Shown piece by piece: positions 26,933 through 40,854 of a DNA stretch of 64,000 nucleotides. The notes under the pieces were generated by a model. That model did no database searches and had not been told where the DNA came from. It worked only from the letters and a program-made list of their open reading frames with translations. Source of the stretch: Octopus sinensis (lineage: Eukaryota); assembly GCF_006345805.1 (NCBI RefSeq), contig NC_043005.1, forward strand, positions 52,142,001-52,206,000, in the 5' to 3' direction. A program made the translations under genes and the position numbers. How positions within the stretch are numbered: the stretch's first letter is position 1; the number at the start of each line of letters is the position of its first letter.

Positions 26933-27040
26933 AAATAAAACGATTTCTGTTCAATCTGCGTTCAGCTCATTTCTTCAATTCACAATAATGTTATATATAT
27001 ATATATATAATATAATATATATATGTGTATATATATATAT

Positions 27041-27078
<38 letters not shown>

Positions 27079-27165
27079 GTATAAGGGTGGAAAGGAACAC
27101 ACGAGTTGATATATATGAAAAAACAAGTCAAAAATAAAAATGCTAAGATAATTTTATAGTGAATC

Positions 27166-27208
27166 TTTCAGTACCGGTTTCGGTCATTTGAGACCTTTTC
27201 AACTGTAA
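27166..27208 (-). ncRNA. Minimal type I hammerhead, U3-A8 core variant
   Basis: TTACAG-TTGAAAA-GGTC-tcaaat-GACC-GAAA-CCGG-TA-CTGAAA. Confidence 0.7.
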
Positions 27209-27539
27209 CGATTAAATAATTAAATTTAGAAAAATTAGAAGAAAAGTTTTTTAAAAGGATATTTCTGTAGTAGTGTTCAGATATAAGTAGCATTCTGCCT
27301 TTCTCTGACTCCCTTGTTTGCACTTGTGTGTTCGAGGTCGTTTTGAGTTCTTGGTAGGATAGGTGAAGAATAAGGAGGCTGATGTGGAGAGGGGGTGGGG
27401 AAATCTGGGAATGCCTTAATGGTCGTATTTTGAATGGTCAGTGGCTGACAGTAGTCGCAGTTCAATTCAGGAATTGTTTATGGAATTTGCGTAGGCGTAT
27501 ACTGAAAGACATTAGTGACAAGGTTAAGGGGTGGGAGGT

Positions 27540-27712
27540 GGACAAGTAGAAGAAGAAGAAGATGACGATGTTGATGATGATGATGATGAAGAAGAAGAAG
27601 AAGAAGGAGAAGGAGAAGATGGTGGTGATGATGGTGGTGATGATGATGACGACGATGATGATGATAATGATGATGATGAAGAAGAAGAGGAAGAGAAGAA
27701 GAAGAAAAAAAC
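27540..27712. repeat. (GAA)/(GAT) compound microsatellite within PLE 3' region
   Basis: Direct reading. Confidence 0.9.
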
Positions 27713-27834
27713 AGAGAAGGGAGAATATGAATGGGTTGTAAGTATAGCTGTGATGGGGCTGATTAGTAATGGATTCTATGGAGTGTAATATTTGTGTGTG
27801 TATATATTTTTTTATTCTAAAGTTGAGGTATATT

Positions 27835-28792
27835 AATTGTTTGTCGTAGACCCGTTAAGAAGTGGCTTGTATTTTGTAATAAAGAGATTTTCTTTACTTA
27901 TTCGTTGTCTCGAGGTTGTATCGTCCCTAAATGTGTAGGGGGGGAAAATCCTGAAGTTTGGTGTTTTTTGTTGGCGCAAGTATCTATGTGTTGGCTAAAA
28001 GCTTATTTTTCTGTTTTGGGGAATTTTTATCTGGGATCTGTGCAGGGCCATTCGTTTACGCAAACCATTTTTTGTTTGGCCTATGTACTGCTCTTGACAC
28101 CCGGATCAGGTTAGTGAGTATATTAGGTTCTCCGAAGCACATGTGAAGTTGCTTTTCACTGTAAACCGTTGTCCCTGTTGAAGGAGAACTCTGATCCCTC
28201 AATTAGATAGTCGCATATCCGCAATTGGGTCTTCCACATTTTTTTACTGTCGGCTACTGTGTTGAAGAGTGAATTCGGGCTTGTGTTAGGAGACTTTTCA
28301 TGGATCTAGGCTGTCTTTTGCTTTTTATGATCGTGTGTGTTTGGAGGATTGTGTTCATTCTGTGGTCTTTTTTTAGGAGGGGTATGTTGTGGAGGATGGT
28401 GTCGAAGGCTTCGTTATTGAGAGGGTTGTGTGTGGAGATGTATGGTAAGGCTTTTGGTTGTAAGTTTTTCTTTGATTTGGGATGTCTCAGTTCCTTGATG
28501 TTAAGTTGAAGGGCACGTTGAATGCACTTGTCAATAAGTGAAGGTGGATAGTTCCTGGTGATAAGGGTATCTTTTAGTTCTTGTAGTCGTGTGTCTCTGG
28601 TTTGTTGCGTTAGAGACTATAGTGCATATCCTTTTTGCTAGATTGAAGGGGATATTCATCCTGGTGTGTCTGGGGTGGCATGAATTGAATGGAAGATATT
28701 GCTTAGAGTCTGTAGGCTTATAGTATATGTCTGTTTCTATTATATTATTAGCTTTCTTAATGAGGATATCGAGGAAGGGGAGTTGTTGCTGG
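27835..28792 (-). pseudogene. Penelope-like ORF remnant: RT C-terminus, Cys linker, GIY-YIG endonuclease
   Basis: LPFLDILIKK..ETDIYYKPTDSKQYLPFNSCHPRHTRMNIPFNLAKRICTIVS; KCGRPNCG; NLIYSLT*SGCQEQYIGQTKNGLRKRMALHRSQI..KENLFITKYKPLLN; contains stops/frameshifts. Confidence 0.88.
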
Positions 28793-28973
28793 CTCTCCAC
28801 ATCAGCCTCCTTATTCTTCACCTATCCTACCAAGAACTCAAAACGACCTCGAACACACAAGTGCAAACAAGGGAGTCAGAGAAAGGCAGAATGCTACTAT
28901 ATCTGAACACTACTACAGAAATATTCTTTTAAAAAAACTTTTCTTCTAATTTTTCTAAATTTAATATTTATCG

Positions 28974-29017
28974 TTACAGTTGAAAAGGTCTCAAAATGAC
29001 CGAAACCGGTACTGAAA
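28974..29017 (+). ncRNA. Minimal type I hammerhead, U3-A8 core variant
   Basis: Core TTGAAAA 28980-28986, stem II GGTC/GACC, GAAA 29002-29005, ACCGGT palindrome, GTA site ending 29011. Confidence 0.7.
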
Positions 29018-29068
29018 GATTCACTATAAAATTATCTTAGCATTTCTATTTTTGACTTGTTTTTTCAT

Positions 29069-29129
<61 letters not shown>

Positions 29130-29134
29130 GTAAA

Positions 29135-29591
<457 letters not shown>

Positions 29592-30404
29592 GTATATATA
29601 TATATGTCGGATACTCCTCAACTGTTGTTAAGTACCCTACTCGTTAGGGATCGGTGCTAGATGTGTCGAAACATTTGTAGTGATTAATAAAATTCTCGTA
29701 TGCTTCATCTTCCATCTTTCATTTACCATTTATATGTGTGTCTGTGTATCTATATACACACACACAGACACACACACACACACACACATACACAAACACA
29801 CACACACATATGTACATATCTTGATTCGATTTTTCGTATCCAGAAATAACCACCTCTTATAAGTTACTGATATCAATGATTATGAGCGGCTTAACTGAAC
29901 TTTATTTCCATTGCTGATCAAAGCATCCGCTATTGTGTGATGGAGTTGAAAACGTTGTTAAGATACACATGTCATTACTTCTCAATATTAATATGTAATG
30001 TGCTATATTCTCCCTTATCACATCTTCAACTCAATCATGCAATACAGACAACTGAGAATGACATTAGAGATTCTCAGATGCATCACTGATATTCTACTGT
30101 AGACGTTTATGTTTGAAACTTCCGATTGTCCGTCATTATTCTCGGGATATGAAACACATATCAAATCACAATATACAACCAATGGACAAATGCTTGTCCT
30201 CCTCAAAACATGTGGTCTGGGTGTCCATCGGCATAATCTGCCTCCTAAGACTGATGCTGCTCTGTTTTATTGATCGCGAATGGATGAAAAAGTAAAGTTA
30301 ATTTTGGCGAGACTTGAGGACACGAACAAACATGACAAAGACATTTTCTCCGAAGCTCTAAGAATTTTGCTAAAAGTGATAATCGATTACACACGTGTAT
30401 ATCT

Positions 30405-30620
30405 TTTACTTGTTTCAGTCATTATACTGCACCATTATGGAGTAACCCCTTGAAGAATTCTAGTGAAAGGAATCGACACCACTTCTTTTTTTTTTTTTTT
30501 TCTTAAAAAACTGTTTGTTATTCTATCATACTCTTTGACTGAACAGCTATATTTTGGAGACGTAAACAAACCAACACCGGATGAGAAGCAGTGGTGAGGT
30601 ACAAACACAGGCATAAAGAA
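30405..30620 (-). mobile_element. SINE family B, partial diverged
   Basis: ttttacttgtttcagtcatt...gacgtaaacaaaccaacacc. Confidence 0.65.
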
Positions 30621-30883
30621 AAACGCGCACACTCGCGCGCGCAGACACACATATACACCCCCCCCCCACGCACAAACACAAGATTAAGTAAAAAGTATTT
30701 CGCATTTCAAGCTTTATATAGTTCAGACAAATTACGTACGAAAAGCTTTTATTAATCAAAATATATCCGTTGATATTCTATTGTACGTTGCCATCGTTGT
30801 GACCGAAGTTCATTTCCATACATGCCATTTTGCTGGTTTAGAGGCAAAAATTTCCAGGTCGCTGCCTTTTAGTAGTAGTAGTG

Positions 30884-30942
<59 letters not shown>

Positions 30943-30944
30943 TG

Positions 30945-31266
30945 TAGGCTCAGTGATTAAAGCGCCGGGCTCACAATCATGAGGTAGTGAGTTTGATTCC
31001 TGGACTGAGTTGCGTGTTGTGTTCTTGAGCAAGACACTTTATTTCATGTTGTTCCAGTTCACTCGCTATAGAAATAAGTTGCAACCTCACTGGTGCCCAA
31101 GTTGCACCGGCCTTTGCCTTTCCCTTGGATAACATCGGTGGCGTAGAGAGGGGAGGCTGGCATGCATGGGTGACTGCTGGTCTTCCACAAAAATCGTTGC
31201 CCGGATTTATGCCTCGCAGGGTAACTTTCTTGGTGTAATCCCATGGTGATTCATGACCGAAGGGGG
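30945..31266 (+). mobile_element. SINE family C within (AGT)n array
   Basis: ggctcagtgattaaagcg ... catgaccgaagggg; (AGT)n on both sides. Confidence 0.85.
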
Positions 31267-31321
31267 CATTTACTCTAGTAGCAGTAGTAGTAGTAGTAGT
31301 AGTAGTAGTTAGTAGTAGTAA

Positions 31322-31412
<91 letters not shown>

Positions 31413-32030
31413 ATGATAATTTCTTTTAATAGCCACAGCGGCTAATGAGGTGGCATCACATAGGAATAGAATTTGTGTGAAAATTCATATAAAAAATGGA
31501 GAGAAAGAAATGGAAATGACACCGAAATGCGATAAAAGTATGCAGAGTATACAAAGTATTTGATAGCATGAATCGCAGTCCTGGTGACACAGGAGAAACT
31601 CTATCTACGGCCAGTCAAGAAAACCTACAAAACCAGAATTACCTTAACTACTAAAGGTACGAGCCTCTCACATGCTCTCAAATTTACAAGCCCATACTCG
31701 AATTAAGGCCGTTCACACTCTAACCCCCTTTTTTTGCTGCAGTCATCCGCCTCTTCACAAATTGACTGGGAGGTAGCACTTTCCTCTCCACTCTCACTTT
31801 TTTTTTCCAAGTGGAACTTGAAAGAGTCGATGAGAGCTTGATCGAAGAGGAAGGTGTCTTTTCTCTGTCCTTTCATTCCCGTCCACTACACAACCCCTAT
31901 TGCTATAACCATTAGACAGTGAAACATCGCCAACCCTACCTTGTTAGAGATAGAAGGTGGGGTGCTCCTCAGGATGATGATGATAATAATAATGATAATA
32001 ATAATAATAATAATAATAGTAATGATAATG

Positions 32031-32082
<52 letters not shown>

Positions 32083-32100
32083 TGATGATAATAATAATAA

Positions 32101-32435
32101 CGTGTCTCTAAAAGAAATAGAGAAACTCTCAAAATACAAAGACCTGGAAATAGAGGTAACCAGAATGTGGAATCTGAAAACAGAAACAATTCCTATCATA
32201 GTAGGTGCATTAGGCATGATAAAAAAATATTCAGACAAATACATGACAAAAACACCAGGAACTACAAACACATATAACATACAGAAAATTGCACTACTAG
32301 GCACTGCACACATCCTACGCAGAATACTTTCCATACAATAACCATCAGAGCATCACAACAAATCACAGCACATACCCAAGGCACACAGAGCTGCGCTCGG
32401 TAGTGAAGTGAAAGCACGCTATAAAAATAAAACTA

Positions 32436-32439
<4 letters not shown>
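32101..32439 (+). mobile_element. R4/Dong-type non-LTR retrotransposon, short 3' fragment in (TAA)n
   Basis: VSLKEIEKLSKYKDLEIEVTRMWNLKTETIPIIVGALG..QKIALLGTAHILRRILSIQ* (RLE domain end), uninterrupted; 3' UTR; (TAA)n on both sides. Confidence 0.88.
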
Positions 32440-32500
<61 letters not shown>

Positions 32501-32501
<1 letters not shown>

Positions 32502-33511
32502 CGAGGGGAAGAGGACGGATTGGATGCGAACACAGCATTAGAGCAGAGAAAGCAATATAGCATGGTATGTAAAAAATGCAACAGAATCATAATTATTGGA
32601 AGAAGTTCAGACCTGTGTAGGATGGAAGATTACAAAGCCAAAGCACTGTACAAGCACTTGAGAATGAATGAAACTGTTGGTGGATAAAGAAAAGAATGAA
32701 TGGACAATTTCATAGAGATGTTGAAGATAAGACAGAAAAAAAAAGATGGCTATTGATGACTAAAAGTGATTTTAAACCGAAAACGGAGGCTCCAATCTGT
32801 GCTGCCCAAGAGCAAGCACTAAGAACCAATTACATCAAATGCAGAATAGACAACACATCAGAAAGTGATAAGTGCAGAATTTGTGGACAAAATGGTGAAA
32901 TTGTATGGTATATAACCAGTCAATGTGCGCCACTAGCCCAGAAAGAATATAAGAGACATTATGACATGGATTGTCCATTGGACACTTTTCAACAAGTATG
33001 GACTTGACTGAGTAAAAAAGTGATACGAATATAAACCCGAAGTCATCATCGAAAATGATAATGCAAAGATCCTATGGGATTTCATGATTCAGTGCGACCA
33101 TGAGATAGAGAATTGGAAACCAGTGTTAATTGAGAAAGAAATCAAACGATGCTGGATCATAGATATAGCACGCCCAGCTGACAACAAAGTATGCGAGAAG
33201 GAAGAAAGAAAAGTCGATAGATATGACAGGCTAATTTGGAAGATTAAACAGTTGTGGTCGCTGTAAAAGGTGGTAGTAGTACCAATAATTGTCGGAGGCC
33301 TGGGAACAGTGAATAAAAATCTTAAGAAGTACATGGAATAAGTAGGGGCTGCAATAAGTGTGGAGCACTTGCAGAAAACAGCACTGCTTGGAACCTCTCG
33401 AATACTCCGGATGGTGTTTTCGAAAAATAAGCGGTATTACCTTCGTTGACTGGTAGTGAACAGCTGGCTGCGTATTACATCTCCAGCTTTAGAAACTGTG
33501 CAAAGACACTA

Positions 33512-33515
<4 letters not shown>
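32501..33515 (+). mobile_element. R4/Dong-type 3' fragment (CCHC + RLE), decayed
   Basis: RGGRG..; GQFHRD..AAQEQALRTNYIK..CRICGQNGE..ITSQCAPLAQKEYKR; KILWDF.IQCDH..CWIIDIARPADNKV.EKEERKVDRY; ends in (TAA)n. Confidence 0.88.
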
Positions 33516-33568
<53 letters not shown>

Positions 33569-33589
33569 TAATAATGATAATAATAGTAG

Positions 33590-33924
33590 CGTTTTCAAAT
33601 TTTGGAACAAGGCAAGCAATTTTATTGGGGGAAGGGCTAAGTCGATATCGTTGACCCCAGTGTTCAACTGGTACTTATTTTATCGACCCCGAAAAAATGA
33701 AAGCAAATTGGACCTCGGCGGAATTTCGACTCAGAACACAAAGGCAGGCGAAATACCGATAAGCCTTTTGCCTGGCGCGGCAAGAGTCTGCTAGCTGGTC
33801 GCCTCAATAGTAGTAGTAGCAATAATAACGATAATAATGATGATGATGATGATGATGATGATGATAATAATAATAGCAATAATAATAATAATGATGATGT
33901 GATGATGATGATGATGATATAATA

Positions 33925-33973
<49 letters not shown>

Positions 33974-34221
33974 CATTTGTACTATAGACACAAGGCCTGA
34001 AATTTTGGGGGAAGGGACTAGTTGATTACATCGACCCCAGTGTTTCACTGGTACTTATTTTACCCACCCCGAAAGGATGAAAGTAAAGCCGACCTCGGCG
34101 GAATTTGAACTCAAAACGTAGCGACAGGTGAAATAGTGCTAAGCATTTCGTCCAGCGCGCTAACAACAACAACAATAACAAAACGATAATAATAATAATT
34201 ACAATGATAATAATAATAATC

Positions 34222-34272
<51 letters not shown>

Positions 34273-34430
34273 GTAATAATAATAATAATAATAATCCTTT
34301 GTCCTGGAAGCACAAAGCCTCAGATTTGGCAAGAGAGTAAGTCAATTACGTTTACCTCAGTGTGTAACTGGTACTAATTTTATCGACCCCGAAATGATAA
34401 AAGGCAAAGCATTTCGTTCGTCGCACTAAC
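33590..34430 (-). mobile_element. Cluster of SINE family A copies in (TAA)/(TGA) arrays
   Basis: Three rc central domains. Confidence 0.8.
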
Positions 34431-34467
34431 AACAACATCAACAATAATGGTAATAATTATGATGATG

Positions 34468-34512
<45 letters not shown>

Positions 34513-35614
34513 TAATAATAATAACTCAAATTATGGTACTGCGAAGGGTTGCCGTGACCACTACTTTAAGCGATGTTGTACTGGTACACACTCATTTCAG
34601 TTTGGTGCATACCACAGAGTTCGTGTATGGGGATAGTTATTTTAATATAAAGAGAAAGAAAAAAGAAAAAAGAAACGAAGAGGAAGAGGATAAACAACAA
34701 CGAATACACCCACAACAAACATACAGACATAACGTTCAGTTTGGATATATTTAAGTTTTAAAGAAACACTTTAAACTTCTTGATTATGGAGGATTAACCT
34801 TCCCGTCAATTGTCAACATAGGACATACCGGACATTAATGTTGACGATAACTGCAATAAAGACTTCACGTCTTTATACACAAAAGGCACGGATTAATACT
34901 TTTTTTTATGTGACTATTGTGATAGATATAAAACTTTGGTCATCAAACCGTTGCTTAGACGTGCCATTACGTTTGTTTAGTACAAACTGTGGTTTTAGTC
35001 ACGAAGTACATATAATTAAGTTGACTTTCAAATACAATAGTTGTTAATGTAAGCTAATAGATAATTTAATAGAAAACTTTAAACATAAAGTCACAGACAT
35101 GAATTACCCACACAGTCTCCTCCGTTACCATTTTAGCTGTCAAACTTGAAAGATAGATACAGATAGAAAAAAAATTATATTTTAATTATATTAATTTAAA
35201 TCGGAAAATTTATATCAATTTATATGTATTCGCGATGATGTGAATAAGAAAAAATAAATGAAAGAAAAGGGACGATGAAAGAAAAAAGTGTTGGGATTAT
35301 GATATGACCCAGGGAAGCTGCATCCAGTTAAGAAGAGTATTGAGCAGTGACCCCCGCCCCATGAAAGATATAATGATGGGTAGAAAGAGCACCTCATATT
35401 TCACGAGATATGTGGTGGCGGGTCCGTCTCTCAATGTGCTTGTCGCAAGTGCCAGTTGTAGTGATGATGATGATGATGATGATGATAATGATGGTGGTGG
35501 TGGTGGTCGTCGTCGTCGTCGTCATCGCCGTCTTTGTCGTCGTCGTGATGGTGTGATGGCGGCGATGGTAATGATGGTGGCTGATAAGGAACATAGATCT
35601 CGAATCTATTACCT

Positions 35615-36040
35615 TTTATTGTTTATTTGTATCAGTCATTTCCCTGCAGTCATGCTGGAGCACCGCCTTGAGAAAGCTCTAGTCAAATGGATCGACCTCT
35701 GTAACTTTTTCTTAAGTCTGTACTTAGCTTATCGGGCCCTTTTGATGAACCGCTAAGTTACGGGGAGTGAACACAAACACAAAGACACAAAGACACACAC
35801 ACACATACACACTCACACACATACACACACAAACACACACACACAAACACACACACACACACACACACACACGACGGGCTTATCTAGTTTCCGTCTACCA
35901 AATTCACTTACAAGGCTTTGGTCGGCTCCAGGCTACAGTGGAAGATATTTGTCCAAGGTGCCACGCATTAGGACTGAACCCTAAACCATGCTTTTGGGAA
36001 ACTTGACTAAACATCTTACTATAGAGCCACGCCTGCGCCT
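35615..36040 (-). mobile_element. SINE family B
   Basis: Full copy ending agccacgcctgcgcct. Confidence 0.85.
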
Positions 36041-37023
36041 ATTGTTCACAAAATGGAACAAAACACTAAATGATTGTTTCAAAAGTGTTCACAGTATTGT
36101 TGGTTTTTAGTTACATAATGTTTAATTTCACTCGGTATTTCCGTATAACTTGTAAGGTTTCCAGAATAGTCACAATTTAAACATTAAGAAGCGGATTGAA
36201 GACGCAGATTCTATCAAAATTAGCAGTTAGAAAGAAGCTTGCATCAAACTAGTTCGCAGCTGTTTTTCGAAAATAAATAGATAAATAAATGAATTAAAGA
36301 AGAAACTTGACTCATAATCAACGTTTATAAGTCAAATATTGCACAGCTTTGCCCACCACTTATCAAATTATATACCAACTACTTGTGGTCTCAAACTATT
36401 GCTATGGCTTATGACTACACGAGTAACTCTCTTTAACTCAACAGCGGCTGATGAGACGTATAGTCAACAAAACATCTACACACTCAGCGTAGTAACTACT
36501 TATTATCCTATATTTTTATTTACTATATGGTATATTAAAAGTCCATTCTTATTTGTTTAATATACTTCAACATATAGTCATAGCACCGACTAGGTGTTGA
36601 ATTGTGCACTCTCAATGATTAGATATATCTTATTGATAAAGTAGACGAACTAAGATTCTATTGTCTATGTTCATGCGATTTTATCTCCTCTATTGCCTTT
36701 GCATGTGCTCAAGCTTCCAAACATATTCCGCCACTAGTTAATTCTGAAGGTATATCTTACTACCTTTCTAAGTCGGTTTTTATCTCTCGGTGATCTATGA
36801 AGTGGTCGCTTCGTTCCTTTCTCTGTTCCTGATCGATTTATATATTAACCAGTCATGATGTCAACAACTGCTCTCCCTCCTTCTCTTCTCTTCTGTCTGT
36901 CAGTCTCTCTCTCTCTCTCTCTCTCACCACGCTACATATATATATATATATATTATATATATATATGTTAATAAAATAGAACATAGATATATATAAACAT
37001 ATATGTACGTACCTACCTCTACA

Positions 37024-37063
<40 letters not shown>

Positions 37064-37150
37064 ATATATTAACATGTGTACATGAACATTATATATCTAT
37101 ACAAATGCATATACATATATCTATCGATCTATCTATCTATCTATATCTAC

Positions 37151-37210
<60 letters not shown>

Positions 37211-38104
37211 ACCTATATACATAGGCATGCGCGCACAGACTCACACACGTACACACACACACAACACATACTGTACGATGCTTAGTTGTTTTCGAGTTGT
37301 CTGGTATTGTAGTCTAGTCACGTTATTTCACAATATATATAACAACTCTAGACTAGTTTTCAGACAAATGAAGTAAAATCAATTAAGAAATATGTTTGGA
37401 TTTTATCATATAATCAGAACAGATATTCTCTCTCCTGTGAGCACTGTTATTTGTTCTGTTCTAGTTTCGACGTTAAGCTATATTGAAATTATTTGAGCGG
37501 TAAAGCAATTTGTTTGTGAGAGTGAAGTACATACATATAGAGTGTTATTAAGAAACCTAAAATATGATAGTTAATGTGTGTTACGTACGAGAGAAGAAGA
37601 CAAGTACGTACTGCCGTGTCGTTTTAAAGTAATCAATGATAACTATTTGTTAATCGCAATTTTTGTTGGTGATACACTAAAGGCAGATTAACATGATATA
37701 AATATATTGTGTTAATAATTGTTCCTATACACATAACTGCTAGTGCCACGGCAAAAAAAATAATCGTTGCAAGATAGATGCTCATACATGTAGCGATCAG
37801 TTATTGACAAACTAAATCAATATCTAATTCTTGAACGATTGTGAAAATACAAATAAGAATAATAATAATAAAAACATATATTTACCTATCAGAAAAAATA
37901 GCACATTGATATATTTAGCTATTTCTTTACTTTCAGATCGGTAAAATTTGTTGTGAAAACATATTAATTTACACAACATAGAACCCACTTTATGTAGTTG
38001 ATATATAACGTTACATATTTTGCTCTCAGTATTCTATACAGTGTGTTTCTACATACATTAAACAACAGTATTTATGTAAAGAGAAAAAACATAGTTATAT
38101 ATAA

Positions 38105-38565
38105 ACTGTGCACGACAGCACATCACATTGTACCGAATATACGTCGATGACGCCTTTGCCCTAACACATTGCATGAATGAAGAGTGCGGGACCACGATAT
38201 CTTCAAAAGCTTCCATCACTCTGCTGGAAACTGTACAGCCAAATGAATGCCCAACGCCAGACATCTACCTTACTCTGAACGTCTTGCTTCTCTGGGCATG
38301 GACACATTCAAGCTCCGTCTGGCAATTGGTTTCACAGTCACCCACATGATTATCCAACAGCAAACTTGGGCACCTTTTTGAATTTTATATATCTAACACT
38401 CGTGGACATGCTTACTAAATTTAAAAAAAAACCAATATAGCATCCATGACTTTCGGAAACACTTTTTCATGCCCAGACGTACTGAAGCATGAATAAAATA
38501 CCTGCATCAGTTGGTAGCTGTCGATGCACTGCATCCTTCAAAACGTCCGTGCTCCATGATGCTTC
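38105..38565 (+). mobile_element. CR1/L2-group LINE 3' ORF relic
   Basis: TLYRIYV..LLETVQ..HLPYSERLASLGMDTFKLR..NTRGH..HDFRKHFF..WNKIPASV..TASFKT across frameshifts. Confidence 0.7.
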
Positions 38566-38619
38566 TAGCCCTGTTCCTTTCTTTTTTTGTTTTGAGCTGT
38601 ACCTCAACTGAGCACTATA

Positions 38620-38742
38620 GAATTAATATATATATATATAGATATATATAATAGATAATATGTATGCTTATATACATATATATATATACATACATATACA
38701 TATATATATATATATGTATTATATATATATATATATATTCAT

Positions 38743-38786
<44 letters not shown>

Positions 38787-38798
38787 TCAAATACACAC

Positions 38799-38835
<37 letters not shown>

Positions 38836-38930
38836 ATATATATATATATATATACACACACATATATATATATATATACATATAATATATATATATATAT
38901 ACATACACATACACATATAGATATGCATAT
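38620..38930. repeat. Long imperfect (TA)n array
   Basis: Direct reading. Confidence 0.95.
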
Positions 38931-39182
38931 ATGGGTACAGGAGGTCACCGACCGGTGTAAACAACATGAATACGTAGACAAAAGTGTCAAATATGTAAAC
39001 ACCGAGAGAAAATGGAAAACACGGGGAAAAGGTAAGCACAAAGAAACGACCCTTCATCAGTTGTCGGCAGTCTATCTACTTCTCATTTGAAGCATTCAAC
39101 GACAATATGAATCTTCAAAGACAGCTGCTCCTATATATTCTAAAATATAATTTAGGATTTATGAAGCCTCAAACTTACCTAC

Positions 39183-39264
<82 letters not shown>

Positions 39265-40397
39265 CACTCCTCGACAGAAAGGAACACAGAAATAAAAAGG
39301 GAGAGAAAAGAGAAAAAGGTATCGTGGCTAGTGATCTATTATGGCGAATGCCGAACAGAGTGGTCACACGGGAGTGTTAGGAAGAAGGGGAGATAATAAA
39401 GTAGTGGTGATCCCAAAACGAATGTGTGCGTGTGTATTTGAGAGCGTGTATGAGCGTATGTGTGCGTGTGGAAGGGGGCTGGTGACACTGACGTGTGCGT
39501 GTGTGCATGTGTAGGTGTGTGGATACTGGTGTAGGTGCTGGGAATTGGTCAGTGCTAAACACACATGCATACATACATACATGCATACGTACCTACATAT
39601 ATATATATACGAGTGTTTGTGCGTGTGTGCAAAAGTGATATATTCAACAATTATTTTGTTTGATTATGTTGTTGACTACCATTTAGCTATGCGTCAAGAT
39701 CATACACTAGCAACAATGTCTGATCTTGTTTGTCCTGAGACTCCTCAGGCAATCCTTCACCTTTATACTCATGTAGTTCCACTTAACCCAAATTACATAT
39801 CAAAACGAAATAAAACCAAGAAAGCAAAAGATGTAAAACTCATTGGTACAGCGTTAACCTGGCCGAAAAATCTGAAAGTGTTCTTCGGTGAATTTATAAA
39901 TATGATTTCAAGTAATACACGAATGAGTAGACTTTGTTACGGTTGAATAAGTAGGAATAATAGAGTTACAGTGAAATGATTCCGAGTCGATCATGTGACA
40001 GTGATACGTTGTCGCCGAGAAAGAGGTTAAAGTAACAATTGATTCGTTTGTTGGTCACTTCATAATAGATATACGTGTGATGGTTTTAGCTTGATATTTT
40101 TCGATGTGGATGAATGGGTGTGTTTCCGTGTATGTGTGTGTGTTTGTTGTGGTGTGTACGTGAATGTATGTATGTATGTATGTATGTATGTATGTATGTG
40201 CTTGTCTGTTTTTTTTTTGTGTGTTTATATGTGCATATGTGTCTGAATGTCTTTCAATGCTTCAGTCAGACACAAATATGTAATGTGTGTGTGTGTGTGT
40301 GTATATACATGTACATATATACGTATATATATATATATATTATATATACACAACACACACAACACACACACACACACACACCACACACAACACACCC

Positions 40398-40446
<49 letters not shown>

Positions 40447-40678
40447 ATATGCGTGTATATATATATCTTTGTGTGGGTATGAGTGTGTGCATATGTGCGT
40501 GTTTATAATATATGTGTGTGTATGGAAGTTTCTTTACAATCACGCATACAGGCCATACACACATTCATATAAATATGAGCATATTCAAATATCTGTCGCT
40601 GTACATGTGACAGTTTGGTAGGTGCATGTGTGCATGTGTACATCTGCATAAATACGAATAGATCTTCACCTCACAACA

Positions 40679-40752
40679 GAAATCAGCAGATGATATCTTG
40701 AAAAATGTTCGAAAAATGTTCGAAATCAGCAGATGATATCTTGAAAAATGTT
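40679..40752 (+). repeat. Short tandem duplication
   Basis: aatcagcagatgatatcttgaaaaatgttc occurs twice with an extra gaaaaatgttc between. Confidence 0.85.
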
Positions 40753-40854
40753 CCATATCATAGGCGCAGGCATTGCTGTGCGGTAAGAGGATTTTTTCCG
40801 AGCTACGTAGCTTCGAGTTCAATACCACTGCGTGGCACCTCAAGGAAGTGTCTT

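Larger units (their letters stand above)
26563..26992. mobile_element. Fold-back element (~199-bp inverted arms, 34-nt spacer), probably Penelope-type inverted pseudo-LTRs
   Basis: 26563-26761 is the near-perfect reverse complement of 26796-26992; each arm holds a hammerhead motif. Confidence 0.75.
27110..29072 (-). mobile_element. 5'-truncated Penelope-like element with inverted pseudo-LTRs
   Basis: Arms 27110-27391 and 28793-29072 are reverse complements; PLE ORF remnant between them. Confidence 0.88.

Noticed and set aside
30103-30291. AG/GT-bounded open frame or decayed Tc1-like transposase
   Set aside because: No diagnostic motif and weak splice sites.
34525-34635. Cys-containing frame YGTAKGCRDHYFKRCCTGTHSFQFGAYHRVRVWG
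   Set aside because: No start codon or acceptor (emerges from a TAA array) and no recognisable family.
36445-36480. CTGATGA-GAC-gtata-GTC half hammerhead
   Set aside because: Followed by AACAAAAC rather than GAAA, with no stem I or III.
38128-38349. 'YVDD' suggesting a Penelope RT active site
   Set aside because: Context matches the C-terminal region of a CR1-like ORF (LY..YV....LE.VQ...LPYSERL), not the RT catalytic motif.
39035-39075. CTGATGAAGGG on the minus strand
   Set aside because: No closing stem II plus GAAA found downstream.
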